Part shown: positions 1 to 8,873 of the stretch, one piece after another | Position numbering within the stretch: the first letter of the stretch is position 1 | How the letters are laid out: every line of letters starts with the position of its first letter | DNA from: an uncultured Porphyromonadaceae bacterium | GTDB lineage: Bacteria > Bacteroidota > Bacteroidia > Bacteroidales > Barnesiellaceae_A | Direction: 5' to 3' | NCBI GenBank assembly: GCA_900538705.1 | Contig: UPZG01000001.1 | Coordinates: 193,007 to 257,006, forward strand | DNA: 64,000 nt | Translations under genes and position numbers: made by a program | The notes under the pieces: model-generated | What the model was told of the DNA's origin: nothing | Databases searched by the model: none | Seen by the model: only the letters and a program-made list of their open reading frames with translations

Positions 1-1398
1 AGGCGAGAGCATAAATCCGGGAAGTCCCCAGTCTGCCATCATATTTGTGATGCCAATGATACCGGTTTCTTCAGGAGTAAAGCCACTCAGACCTAAATCT
101 AGCAACCATCCAGGTTGTTGCATGTATTTGTCTGCATAACTTAATTGTACCAAAGTTTGAGGACCTTCTGCAGTCCCTCCAGGAACAAGGTCAAAATTCT
201 CGTCTGTCATGACTACAACGTCGCCGTCTGTTGATGCAATATGGCGTTTTGTTACATCTACAACGTAGCCATAGGCATAGGTGGCTGCATTCCAGTTGGC
301 TGTAAAGCTCTCGTCTGTAATATCGCTGGCTGCCAATGCTTCGGTTGCTCCCACGGCCTCAGGTGCGAGGTAGCCTGTGAATGTAGCTGCCGGTGAAATG
401 TGTTCTCCGTCGGTCGCTTTTACCTCTAGACGATAGAAAGTGCCGGCAACAATGGGATAATTGATTACGCATGTAGTATCGGTCGATTGTGTGTCAAATT
501 CGGGGACTACATATGTAGCGTTATCGCTGTCGTAGAATGATACTAAATAAGAGGTAGCACCTTCTACACTAGTCCAACGAACTGCTATTTTATCCAATCC
601 TTGCAGAACCATGTCCTCTACCACGGGTTTACCAATGCCATAGTCATATACAATTACTTCAAAATCATCGAAATAGACCTTTCCTTGCATACCATGCATC
701 ATGATGGTTGAACGTGTGCCACCTCCTGAAAAATCCATCTCACAATCTGTCCATTCTGTGGTTATCGTATAACCGCGGGCACTTACAATACTGTTGGTTC
801 CATTATCGAGAGTCCAGGTTTGTAGTGCTTGTTGCTCGTGCATGGGATTGGCACTGCGTGCGCGGAATTTAAGTTTATACATACCTCCGGTTGCGGCTAA
901 ATTAAGTTCGGGCGTAAGGAGGTATCCGGGTCCATCATCACCAACCTCGTCGAGCCCAAGGTATGCAACTCCCCCTGCTTGATATGCCCGTAATCCTGTC
1001 CATCCCGGAGTCTGCATATATGTTTGCAGGGTTACGCTGTCGGCTGTAATATCTACAGCATCGGGATTTCCTTCGCTTCCAGCAGTCCATTTTGAGAAAT
1101 CTTCGGTAAGTAAAGAAATCTCTTCGGGAACAAAATCAGTTTTTTCTTTAGTAGGAGTTTTTTGTATTTGGTTTGTATTTTCTTTCTTCAAAAACCTGGC
1201 AAAATCGGCTGCATTATAATTTGAACCGGCTTCGCTTTTCAAGAAGCTTCTTAACGGAGCCGGGAGTTCCGACAATGCTTTTGCTTCCCGCATTTGGTCG
1301 AGGTTAACTACTTCGATAGGCTTGTTTGTGCCGGCTTGACCAAGTGGCGCAAGGCACAAAGAGCAAGTTGCTAATACAAGGAATAGTTTTGTTTTCAT
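1..1398 (-). CDS. Secreted multidomain protein, N-terminal 466 codons only; the C-terminus lies beyond the left window edge
   Basis: Absent from the ORF track because it is open at the window edge. My manual minus-strand translation from ATG at 1398 down to base 1 has no stop. The N-terminus MKTKLFLVLATCSLCLAPLGQAG looks like a signal peptide. It is followed by a beta-sandwich-like module (EDFSKWTAGSEGNPD ... YLLTPELNL ... KVYFDDFEV), FN3-like segments (VRWTSVEGATSYLV; ESFTANWNAATYAYGYVV), and the start of a second ENFDLVPGG...PGW module. Confidence 0.7.
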   Translation of the reverse strand, partial: MKTKLFLVLATCSLCLAPLGQAGTNKPIEVVNLDQMREAKALSELPAPLRSFLKSEAGSNYNAADFARFLKKENTNQIQKTPTKEKTDFVPEEISLLTEDFSKWTAGSEGNPDAVDITADSVTLQTYMQTPGWTGLRAYQAGGVAYLGLDEVGDDGPGYLLTPELNLAATGGMYKLKFRARSANPMHEQQALQTWTLDNGTNSIVSARGYTITTEWTDCEMDFSGGGTRSTIMMHGMQGKVYFDDFEVIVYDYGIGKPVVEDMVLQGLDKIAVRWTSVEGATSYLVSFYDSDNATYVVPEFDTQSTDTTCVINYPIVAGTFYRLEVKATDGEHISPAATFTGYLAPEAVGATEALAASDITDESFTANWNAATYAYGYVVDVTKRHIASTDGDVVVMTDENFDLVPGGTAEGPQTLVQLSYADKYMQQPGWLLDLGLSGFTPEETGIIGITNMMADWGLPGFMLSP

Positions 1399-1672
1399 AA
1401 TTTGAGATTTTAGGATGAATAAATAAAATATTGCAGAAAAAAATCCTCCTCTTTCGACAAATTTATGTGGCAATTGTCTTTTTAAAAAGAAAAATAGCTC
1501 TGAAAACGACCTACAAAGTGTGTAAAATATCCGTTTTTATATCTACAATATATATTTAATCAATTGATTTATAAGCACAATCAGCATATACTGATATAAA
1601 GATAAAATCGCCCTAATGTAAATCGGCAGGGTTAATAAAGATGTTTATTATAAAGTCAAAAGAATGATATTA

Positions 1673-3312
1673 TTATATTTCTTGCAGGAAATCGACCAAA
1701 TCTTCATCGGAGGAGAGACGTAAAGTCTTACGCAAACGGTAGCGTCCCATGTTGATGGATTTTAACTGGTTGCCGGTTAAGAAGGATATTTCGTGTGTCG
1801 AGAAATTCATTCGCAAGAGAACAGCCAATTTTTTGTCATTTTCTGTAATCTCGGGGAATCGCCTTTCCAGCCTTTCAATGAAAGCTGCGTTTTCGTTATT
1901 TAATCGTTCTGAGTAGGGATTCTCTTTGGCTGGAAGCATATTTTGTGTGATAAAGCTGTTTACGTTACGCAATTCAGTTTGTTGGTCGGCATTGAAGTGC
2001 TTGTAGGTTTGTCGTATCATTGCCCTTATCTTTACCAGCAGGCCGTTAAAACCACAGTAGAAGCGGTAGAAATAATCGATTTGTTCTTCCAGGTTTTTTA
2101 CGGTCTTTTCCAAGGTCTCTAACTGTTTTTGAGACTTGTCTTCGGTATATGTTGCAATCGCTTGTATATTATTGTTTGCTTCGTTATGCGAGCGGCGTAG
2201 GAGGTAAAGTGTAACTGCGGCAAGCGCAGCCACTACGCATGCTAAGGCCAGGCATATCCATATCCAACGTTTGTAGTTTTGCCACCCATCTTGGTAGTGA
2301 ACTGTTGTTACGTCGGGCGTATTGTCATGTAGTGTGGCTACGTGAGTATGGCACCAGTCGAGCAGCTTATAGATGTATTGTTGGTGAATAAAAATAGATT
2401 GCATCTGCTGACCTACGTATTTGGAGTGCAAATCTTCACGTAGTACAGCACAACTGTATGCCATGGGATAGTCTTTTTGTGCCGAATATATTTCGCCCTT
2501 TAGTTGATAGCAATCTATAAGGACGTTTTGCTTTCCGTATTGCTCGGCATAGGCCGCAGCTTTGTTTACGGCATCGAGAGCTTGCGGGTAATGCCTTGTG
2601 CCTAAATAGTAACGTGATAAAGCCAAGTGGTTTGAGGCGTAGAGGGCCGTAAATTCCTTTTCAAAAGAGAGCTTGATACCTCTGTTGAGAAGTTCATATT
2701 TTATGGCATCATTTTTTTCTACTTCTTCCATGTAGACGAGTATCAGGCAGTATAGCATATCTAAGCCATGTTCTTCAGCCACTGTGAGAGCTTCATTGTA
2801 GTAGGCCAGAGCTTTCACACTATTGCCTTCTCGTTTGTGTAAAGTGCCTAAATTGCAGCATACTTTGACAAACTCTTCGTAGAAGTTACTCTTTTTATAG
2901 TAGTATATGCGTCGAGGAAGAGTTTGCGGGACTTTTCGTTTTCATTTCTGTATAAGTATATTCCCGCCAGTCCCGAACGAATACTGTAAAACAGTGTCTT
3001 TTGGTTGTCGGGACAGTAGGCTGCAGCCCGTTCAAAGAGCTCGAGACTTATGCTCCATTCGTTGTTTTGAATGAGAAACCAACCATATTGGCACAAGGCT
3101 TCTGAGCAGCAGAAAGACATGTCAGGTTCGCCTTTTATATAAAGTCGCTGCAGTATGTCTAATAATTGGTGGGCAGATTGTTCGTTACGTACTTCCGTGG
3201 CATTGAATAACGAATCGCGTAGCGTGGGCGTAACAGGTTCGCCCTTGCTTATGGCTGTGCAAAGGAGAAATAAAAAAACTATAGTATATTTTACATCAGC
3301 ACAGATTTTCAA
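1673..3312 (-). pseudogene. TPR-repeat, single-pass membrane, C-terminal LuxR/GerE-like HTH regulator, split into two ORFs (2848..3312 and 1673..2818) by a 1-nt frameshift
   Basis: The upstream ORF has a signal-like N-terminus plus TPR-like sequence. The downstream ORF starts at a GTG that is really an internal Val. Its frame stays open upstream as KRKVPQTLPRRIYYYKKSNFYEEFVKVCCNLGTLHKREGNSVKALAYYNEAL, which continues the TPR pattern. The downstream part also has a hydrophobic helix (WIWICLALACVVAALAAVTLYLL), a coiled-coil-like stretch and a C-terminal HTH-like segment (NDKKLAVLLRMNFSTHEISFLTGNQLKSINMGRYRLRKTL). The start of the upstream piece is TTG in the track and is uncertain. Confidence 0.6.
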
Positions 3313-3502
3313 TATCTTAAATGGTTTTTATGGTTCGTCTATGAATAATAATATCTATCCATTGAGTTTCCGGCACATCAAGGCCACGCCGTTTTTCTCT
3401 TTTATAGATTTATGATTCTATACAGCAAGCACGCAGTGTGTTTACTTGGCAAAGGTACGAAACTTTCGGTGTATTGTCAAGTTTCTTATTTGGAGGGCTC
3501 TA

Positions 3503-5335
3503 TTACTTTTTAGGAGGCCTTTTTATTACCATTTCGCAGCGGGCGCAATCGAATTGAAGCATGAGTCGTGTATTCCCATTTGATATGTATAGGGGTGCCT
3601 GCAGATGAGAACCTTGAGGAGTACGCAGGCAGGCTCCCATGTACCGGCGTATGCAGTGTCGGGTGCGCATGAGTTCGGCATCTTCGACTTGAGCTATCTC
3701 AAAGGCTAGCTCTATTTGTTTTGCTCCATGCTCAAGGTAGAAATTGCGGGCTATTGCGTTTGCAACATTAGCATGGTAGTCTAAGGTTGATGATAGTACA
3801 TGTATATCATTTTGCGGTATGCGTCGTTTGGTGGGGCGGTATGATAAGCGACGTGCCGTTTGGAACCACGTAATGGCCTCACGCCGCCACTCGGACAATT
3901 GCGATACCGGAATGAAATAGTCGCACGATGTGTCTATCGTTACATTTTGGGCTATAAAAGGTGTGTTGCCTAACTTAGAAAGCTCTACTTTGATACGTTC
4001 GTGTTGCGGGGTACGCGCAGGCGTTTTTGTAGTATCACAGCGGTGAGTGATAACGATGTTGCCATCGCTTATGTCTATGGCAAAACCTGTTGAGATTTCG
4101 TAGAAACGTAGTGTGACGGCAATGGTGCGCCGTGCTGTTGGACGAGCAAGTTCTGCCTCAAAGCTGGTGTCGCTGTTGCGGAAGAGTTGTATGCCTCGAG
4201 TTAGTTTTTGAGGTGTGGCGGCATGGAGTCGTTTGCCTTCAGCCCGGTTGAGCCTGAATCCGTTAAAATTACCGTTATTGTCGATGTGGCAAAGTCCGTC
4301 GCCATTGTGCAGAGGAACAGTTCCGTCGTAACAGAAGGTGCGGGCATCTATGATAGAAGTTATTTTGCCTATCGGTTCACCCAAGGATTTGGGTGTCGCT
4401 GGTTGAATGATGGGTTCTTCGGGCTGGCGATTGAAGAAATAGGATGTAAACCCGCGATTGAAACTTTTGCGAGGGTCGGGTGTGAATGATATTTCAGTAG
4501 TGCCTTCTGATGAACGTCGGTAGTCGTCGGAGCGACGTTCTAAGATTGCATCTAATTTTTTACGGTAGTATGCCGTGACATTTTTTACGTATGCAGCTTC
4601 TTTGAGTCTTCCTTCGATTTTAAGTGAAGAGATACCGGCATCGAGGAGGTTTTCTATTGAGTCGCTTAAGTTCAGGTCTTTTAGGGAGAGAAGGTGCCGG
4701 TCGCGAGCCAGTATCTTGCCTGTGGCATCGGTCAACGTGTAAGGAAGACGACAGCATTGAGCGCATTCGCCCCGGTTGGCACTACGACCGGCAATGGCTG
4801 CGCTCAAATAGCATTGTCCACTGTAACTTACGCATAGTGCTCCATGCACGAAAGCTTCGAGGGTAACATCGGTCGCAGATGCTATAGAGCGTATCTCCTC
4901 GAGAGAGAGTTCACGTGCCAAAACGACCTGTGAAAATCCCGCCTGTGCAAGAAACTTCACTTTGTCGGGCGTACGATTGTCGCATTGAGTGCTGGCATGT
5001 AGGGCAATAGGCGGGAGGTCAAGTCGTAACAGCGACATATCTTGCACTATGAGAGCATCAACTTGTGCTCGATAAAGTTGCCACACGATTTGCTCGGCTT
5101 CGGCGAGTTCTTTGTCATATAGAATGGTGTTGAGTGCTACATATACACGGGCTTTATATTGGTGCGCAAAGTCGCATAGCCGGGATATATCGTCGACAGA
5201 ACAACCGGCAGCGGCTCTTGCTCCGAAGCGTGGAGCGCCTATATATACGGCATCGGCACCATGTAATATGGCTTCGCGTCCTATTGCAGCATCTTTGGCT
5301 GGCGACAATAATTCTATAGCTCGAGGTCGGTTCAT
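3503..5335 (-). CDS. Peptidase U32 family protein (long form, about 610 aa)
   Basis: Shows the U32 N-terminal pattern IELLSPAKDAAIGREAILHGADAVYIGAPRFGARAAA ... VYVALNTIL ... DALIVQD. I moved the start to the internal ATG (MNRPRAIELL) at 5335, which overlaps the metA stop as ATGA. The track's longer ORF (to 5410) would overlap metA by 79 nt. Confidence 0.85.
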   Translation of the reverse strand: MNRPRAIELLSPAKDAAIGREAILHGADAVYIGAPRFGARAAAGCSVDDISRLCDFAHQYKARVYVALNTILYDKELAEAEQIVWQLYRAQVDALIVQDMSLLRLDLPPIALHASTQCDNRTPDKVKFLAQAGFSQVVLARELSLEEIRSIASATDVTLEAFVHGALCVSYSGQCYLSAAIAGRSANRGECAQCCRLPYTLTDATGKILARDRHLLSLKDLNLSDSIENLLDAGISSLKIEGRLKEAAYVKNVTAYYRKKLDAILERRSDDYRRSSEGTTEISFTPDPRKSFNRGFTSYFFNRQPEEPIIQPATPKSLGEPIGKITSIIDARTFCYDGTVPLHNGDGLCHIDNNGNFNGFRLNRAEGKRLHAATPQKLTRGIQLFRNSDTSFEAELARPTARRTIAVTLRFYEISTGFAIDISDGNIVITHRCDTTKTPARTPQHERIKVELSKLGNTPFIAQNVTIDTSCDYFIPVSQLSEWRREAITWFQTARRLSYRPTKRRIPQNDIHVLSSTLDYHANVANAIARNFYLEHGAKQIELAFEIAQVEDAELMRTRHCIRRYMGACLRTPQGSHLQAPLYISNGNTRLMLQFDCARCEMVIKRPPKK

Positions 5336-6237
5336 TTTGCGTGAAGGTTGGGATTGCATACAAATGCGTGTAGCCAATTGGTGAAAAAGAGATTGCCATG
5401 GGCTCTCCAACGTACGACGGGAGGCTTCTGGGGATTATCGTCGCGGTAGTAGTTGCATGGTATGGTAATGGGTAGGCCGCGTGAAAGGTCCCGACGATAC
5501 TCGGCGTCGAGTGTGTAAGGAGCGTATTCAGAATGCCCCATAACAAAAAATTGTGCTCCGTTATGAGCTTCGATAGCATGTAAGCCACTTTCGTGCGAAA
5601 CGGAGAGTATTGTTAGCTCGTGTACCTGTTCCACATCTTCGCGTCGTACCTCGCAGTGACGGCTTTGGGGTACATAAAAAAGGTCGTCGAAGCCGCGGAA
5701 GAGCTTATGCGTAGGAATAAGTACTTCGTGTGGAAAAACACCAAAACATTTTTGTGGCAACATAGTCTTGGGTACACCGTAGTAATAGTAGAGCCCTGCT
5801 ACAGCTCCCCAGCATAGGAAGAGCGTAGAGTTGACATGTGTAAGTGCCCAATCAAAAATAGTGGTGAGTTCACTCCAATAGTCAACCTCTTCGAACGGAA
5901 GATGCTCTACTGGAGCTCCGGTTATAATCATACCGTCGTAGTGCAATGGTTCTACGTCGGAGAAATGTTTGTAGAACTTTTTGATATGCTCAGCCGATGT
6001 ATTTTTAGACAAATGTCCTTGTGGAACTATCCAGTCTATTTCTATAGAGAGCGTAGAGTTGCAGAGTACACGTAACAGATTTATTTCGGTGTCGATTTTC
6101 AGCGGCATTAGGTTGAGCACCAGTAGGCGTACGTTTCTTGCTGCGTTTATAAATGCCGATGGAAAGTCTGAGAGGCATATGTTTTCGCCTTGTAGCGCTG
6201 ATATGGCGGGGAATGACGTTGGTACTTTTATCGGCAT
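5332..6237 (-). CDS. metA: Homoserine O-acyltransferase, MetA family (acetyl versus succinyl specificity not determinable here)
   Basis: 301 aa with an ATG start. MetA-type motifs are present: MPIKVP...LNLMPLKIDTEINLLRVL...GAPVE...CWGA. Confidence 0.9.
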   Translation of the reverse strand: MPIKVPTSFPAISALQGENICLSDFPSAFINAARNVRLLVLNLMPLKIDTEINLLRVLCNSTLSIEIDWIVPQGHLSKNTSAEHIKKFYKHFSDVEPLHYDGMIITGAPVEHLPFEEVDYWSELTTIFDWALTHVNSTLFLCWGAVAGLYYYYGVPKTMLPQKCFGVFPHEVLIPTHKLFRGFDDLFYVPQSRHCEVRREDVEQVHELTILSVSHESGLHAIEAHNGAQFFVMGHSEYAPYTLDAEYRRDLSRGLPITIPCNYYRDDNPQKPPVVRWRAHGNLFFTNWLHAFVCNPNLHAK

Positions 6238-6247
6238 GGCGACTTTG

Positions 6248-6694
6248 TTACTTGCGTTTATTTGTTTTTGAGTGTTGTGACTGACGATTGTTTGATGGCT
6301 TTTTTGCTTTTGGAGTGTTCATACTCGATTGTACCGTACGTTTAGTTGGTCTGGCTGCCGACGTTGTTGTGCGGGCGTTTACAGAGTGTTGTCGGGCAGC
6401 GCCGCGGTTGCCAGAGCGCTTTGGAGCGGTATTCTCCTCGGTAGTAGCCTCGCCTTTGGCGGGTCCCCAGCGATGTTTCTTGGGCCGATTTTCGAGGGGA
6501 ACGAAGTATAGAGGTTCTCCATCGATGCGCACTTTATCGTTTTCCTCAACGCGATCGCCGGGATTAGCCGGTATATTGTTGATAGTGACACGACCATCGG
6601 CAATGAGGCGGTCGGCCTCGCGGCGCGAGCAAAAACCATAATCGCTGATAAATTTGTTGATGCGGGTACCGCTTTGTTTATTATTGTCGTTCAT
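6248..6694 (-). CDS. S4-domain RNA-binding protein with a long Lys/Arg-rich C-terminal tail
   Basis: Carries the S4 motif RINKFISDYGFCSRREADRLIADGRVTINN. Start moved to the internal ATG (MNDNNKQSG) at 6694, because the track's 5' extension would overlap murI. The tail is low-complexity and basic (…KAKKPSNNRQSQHSKTNKRK). Confidence 0.75.
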   Translation of the reverse strand: MNDNNKQSGTRINKFISDYGFCSRREADRLIADGRVTINNIPANPGDRVEENDKVRIDGEPLYFVPLENRPKKHRWGPAKGEATTEENTAPKRSGNRGAARQHSVNARTTTSAARPTKRTVQSSMNTPKAKKPSNNRQSQHSKTNKRK

Positions 6695-6714
6695 GATAAA
6701 TCTGCAGTGTTTCT

Positions 6715-7551
6715 TTATCCTAATTCTATTTGTTCTGCGACAATTTTGTCGTGGAGAAAGAGTGTTGCTGTCTCCGTAAATTTGGAAGGTGATTCGGTTG
6801 TGAGATAGGTGCAACGTCCGTGGCGTGAACATACCGATTCTATTTCGGGGTGACGGTGCAGGTAGTCTTGCAGACTGGCTGCCACCACGTGTCCTTGCGA
6901 CAAAAGAGCTATATGCTTGGGTAAATAGGAGCGAATCTTATCAAAGATGAGCGGATAGTGTGTACAGCCGAGAATGACTGTGTCGATAGAATCGTTTTGA
7001 GCAAGAAGCGCATCGATATATTTTGCAATAAAGAAGTCGCATCCGGCGTTATGCGTCTCATTGTTTTCTATAAGCGGCACCCACATAGGGCAAGCCTGAC
7101 CGTATAGGTGGTATTGTGGAAATAGCTTGGCTATCTCGGCCGTGTATGAGCCAGAGAGAACCGTGCCCGGGGTAGCCAGCAAGCCAATGTTTCCCGTATG
7201 GGTCATACCTCCTATGGCTTCGGCCGTGGGGCGTATGACACCCAGTACGCGGCGCGAAGCATCGATATGTGGTAAGTCGCATTGTTGAATGGTACGCAAT
7301 GCCTTTGCCGAAGCCGTGTTGCATGCCAGTATTACAAGACGGCAACCTTGGTTGAAAAGGTATTGTACGGCTTCTAACGTGAAACGATAGACAATCTCGA
7401 AGGAGCGTGTACCATAGGGAGCACGCGCATTGTCGCCCACATATATGTAGTCATAGTCAGGCAAACAGCGGCGAATTTCAGAAAGAATCGTGAGCCCGCC
7501 GTATCCCGAGTCGAAAACGCCTATCGGTGCTGGAGTTGCGTGCGTTGACAT
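6715..7551 (-). CDS. murI: Glutamate racemase
   Basis: Shows GVFDSGYGGLTIL, ACNTASA and GCTHYP motifs. The track start at 7566 is TTG, so I use the ATG (MSTHATP) at 7551. Confidence 0.9.
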   Translation of the reverse strand: MSTHATPAPIGVFDSGYGGLTILSEIRRCLPDYDYIYVGDNARAPYGTRSFEIVYRFTLEAVQYLFNQGCRLVILACNTASAKALRTIQQCDLPHIDASRRVLGVIRPTAEAIGGMTHTGNIGLLATPGTVLSGSYTAEIAKLFPQYHLYGQACPMWVPLIENNETHNAGCDFFIAKYIDALLAQNDSIDTVILGCTHYPLIFDKIRSYLPKHIALLSQGHVVAASLQDYLHRHPEIESVCSRHGRCTYLTTESPSKFTETATLFLHDKIVAEQIELG

Positions 7552-7564
7552 ATAGGTGTTGTAC

Positions 7565-7600
7565 AAAAAACTGCGTCGGGGACTTTCCGCCCCGACACAG
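7565..7600 (-). terminator. Rho-independent terminator between skp and murI
   Basis: An 11-bp stem pairs ctgcgtcgggg (7571-7581) with ccccgacacag (7590-7600), with one mismatch and an 8-nt loop. It is followed on the minus strand by T6 (A6 at 7565-7570 on plus). The plus strand also has a T-run after the hairpin. Confidence 0.6.
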
Positions 7601-7631
7601 TTTTATTTTTTTGTAAGATTCTTAAAGTCGA

Positions 7632-8141
7632 TTATTTTATACCTAATTTGGCTTTTACAAGAGGAGTAACATCTTCGTTGCCAACGCCCTGATAAAGTAC
7701 TACAGGATATGTGAGGTCGAAGATATATGTGAATTTACCCTCTTCACCAACAGCTTTGATGGCATCCATCAACTTTTGTTGTATGGGGACGAAGAGTTCT
7801 TCTTGTTTCTTGGCTATATCTTCCTGTGCCATAGTACGGAAGCTCTCAATGCGTTGTTGTGACTCTTGTACTTCCTGTAAGCGACGCATTTTGATGGTTT
7901 CGGGAACTGTGTCGCCCAATGCTTGTAGCTCTTTATACTTGTTTTGGAATTCCTCCTGAACTTTGACAAATTCGTCTTCGTATTTCTTAGAGAGGTCTTG
8001 CAATTGTTGCTCGGCAGCTGCACGCTCAGGCATGGCGGCAATTACTTCGGCAGAATTGACTGTACCAAACTTTAAAGTAGTCTGCGCCATCATACCCATG
8101 GGCAGGCAACATAAAACGGCAATGATTAATTTTTTGAACAT
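7632..8141 (-). CDS. OmpH/Skp family periplasmic chaperone
   Basis: 169 aa with signal peptide MFKKLIIAVLCCLPMGMMAQ and a Glu/Lys/Gln-rich coiled-coil body. It sits in the position typical of the bamA-skp-skp arrangement. Confidence 0.85.
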   Translation of the reverse strand: MFKKLIIAVLCCLPMGMMAQTTLKFGTVNSAEVIAAMPERAAAEQQLQDLSKKYEDEFVKVQEEFQNKYKELQALGDTVPETIKMRRLQEVQESQQRIESFRTMAQEDIAKKQEELFVPIQQKLMDAIKAVGEEGKFTYIFDLTYPVVLYQGVGNEDVTPLVKAKLGIK

Positions 8142-8217
8142 GATATTTAATTATTTTGTTTTTCTCTTTTTATTGCAGCCAGATGCCTGGATGCGAAGCA
8201 GGTGCAAAGATAGCCAA

Positions 8218-8733
8218 TTATTTGGAATATCCCAATTTTGCGAGGACCTCGTTGCTAATATCGGCTTTAGGTGACGCAAAAATAATGTTCCCCGACGAGG
8301 CGCGGTCTATAATCATCATGTAATTGCGTTCCTCGGCAATTTTCTTCACCGCGTTGTATATTTCGTCCTGAATGGGCTTCATGAGGCTTTCGCGTTTTTT
8401 GTATAGTTCACCTTCGGGACCAAAGTAGCGTTTGCGCAGCTCTACGACCTCTTGTTCCTTGGCTTGCACCTCATCGGCACGTTGGGTTTTCATTTCATCG
8501 GTAAGGAATACCAAGTCCGACTGATAGTTTTTATATAATGTCTCAGCTTCGGCAGCAAGGTCTTCACACTCTTTTTGCCATCTTTTTGCCACTTGGTTGA
8601 GTTGCTCATTGGCCATCTCATAGGCAGGTATGTTTTTCAGAATGTACTCCATGTCTATGAGTGCATATTTTTGGGCCGAGGCGCCTACGGCACATATAGC
8701 CCATAAACAGGCTATTACAATAAGTTTCTTCAT
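8218..8733 (-). CDS. OmpH/Skp family periplasmic chaperone (second copy)
   Basis: Has signal peptide MKKLIVIACLWAICAVGASAQ. The track start at 8763 is TTG, so I use the ATG at 8733. The body is coiled-coil rich and the gene lies directly downstream of bamA. Confidence 0.85.
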   Translation of the reverse strand: MKKLIVIACLWAICAVGASAQKYALIDMEYILKNIPAYEMANEQLNQVAKRWQKECEDLAAEAETLYKNYQSDLVFLTDEMKTQRADEVQAKEQEVVELRKRYFGPEGELYKKRESLMKPIQDEIYNAVKKIAEERNYMMIIDRASSGNIIFASPKADISNEVLAKLGYSK

Positions 8734-8873
8734 AACTTTCTTGTTAAGGGTTTTACAATTCAATACATTTCACACCGTGAATTCATGTAAAGATAATGAC
8801 TGGCCGTCCAATTTCGTGCATGAAATACGATGTTTTTGTAGCATTTAACACTACTAACCCTCTTTTTTACACA

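Noticed and set aside
794-982. 62-aa plus-strand ORF (TTG start)
   Set aside because: It is antisense to the continuous 466-codon secreted-protein frame that runs to the window edge, and it has no supporting features.
5154-5588. 144-aa minus-strand ORF, plus the 5' extension of the U32 ORF (to 5410), both overlapping the metA 3' end
   Set aside because: Both overlap the well-supported metA frame. The U32 family N-terminus begins at the internal ATG (5335), which gives a clean ATGA junction.
6288-6641. Plus-strand ORFs (117 aa, 60 aa) and a minus-strand 86-aa ORF within the S4-domain gene tail
   Set aside because: They overlap the S4-domain CDS. The alternative-frame products are Arg/Ala/Ser-rich, typical of out-of-frame reading of a GC-richer basic tail.
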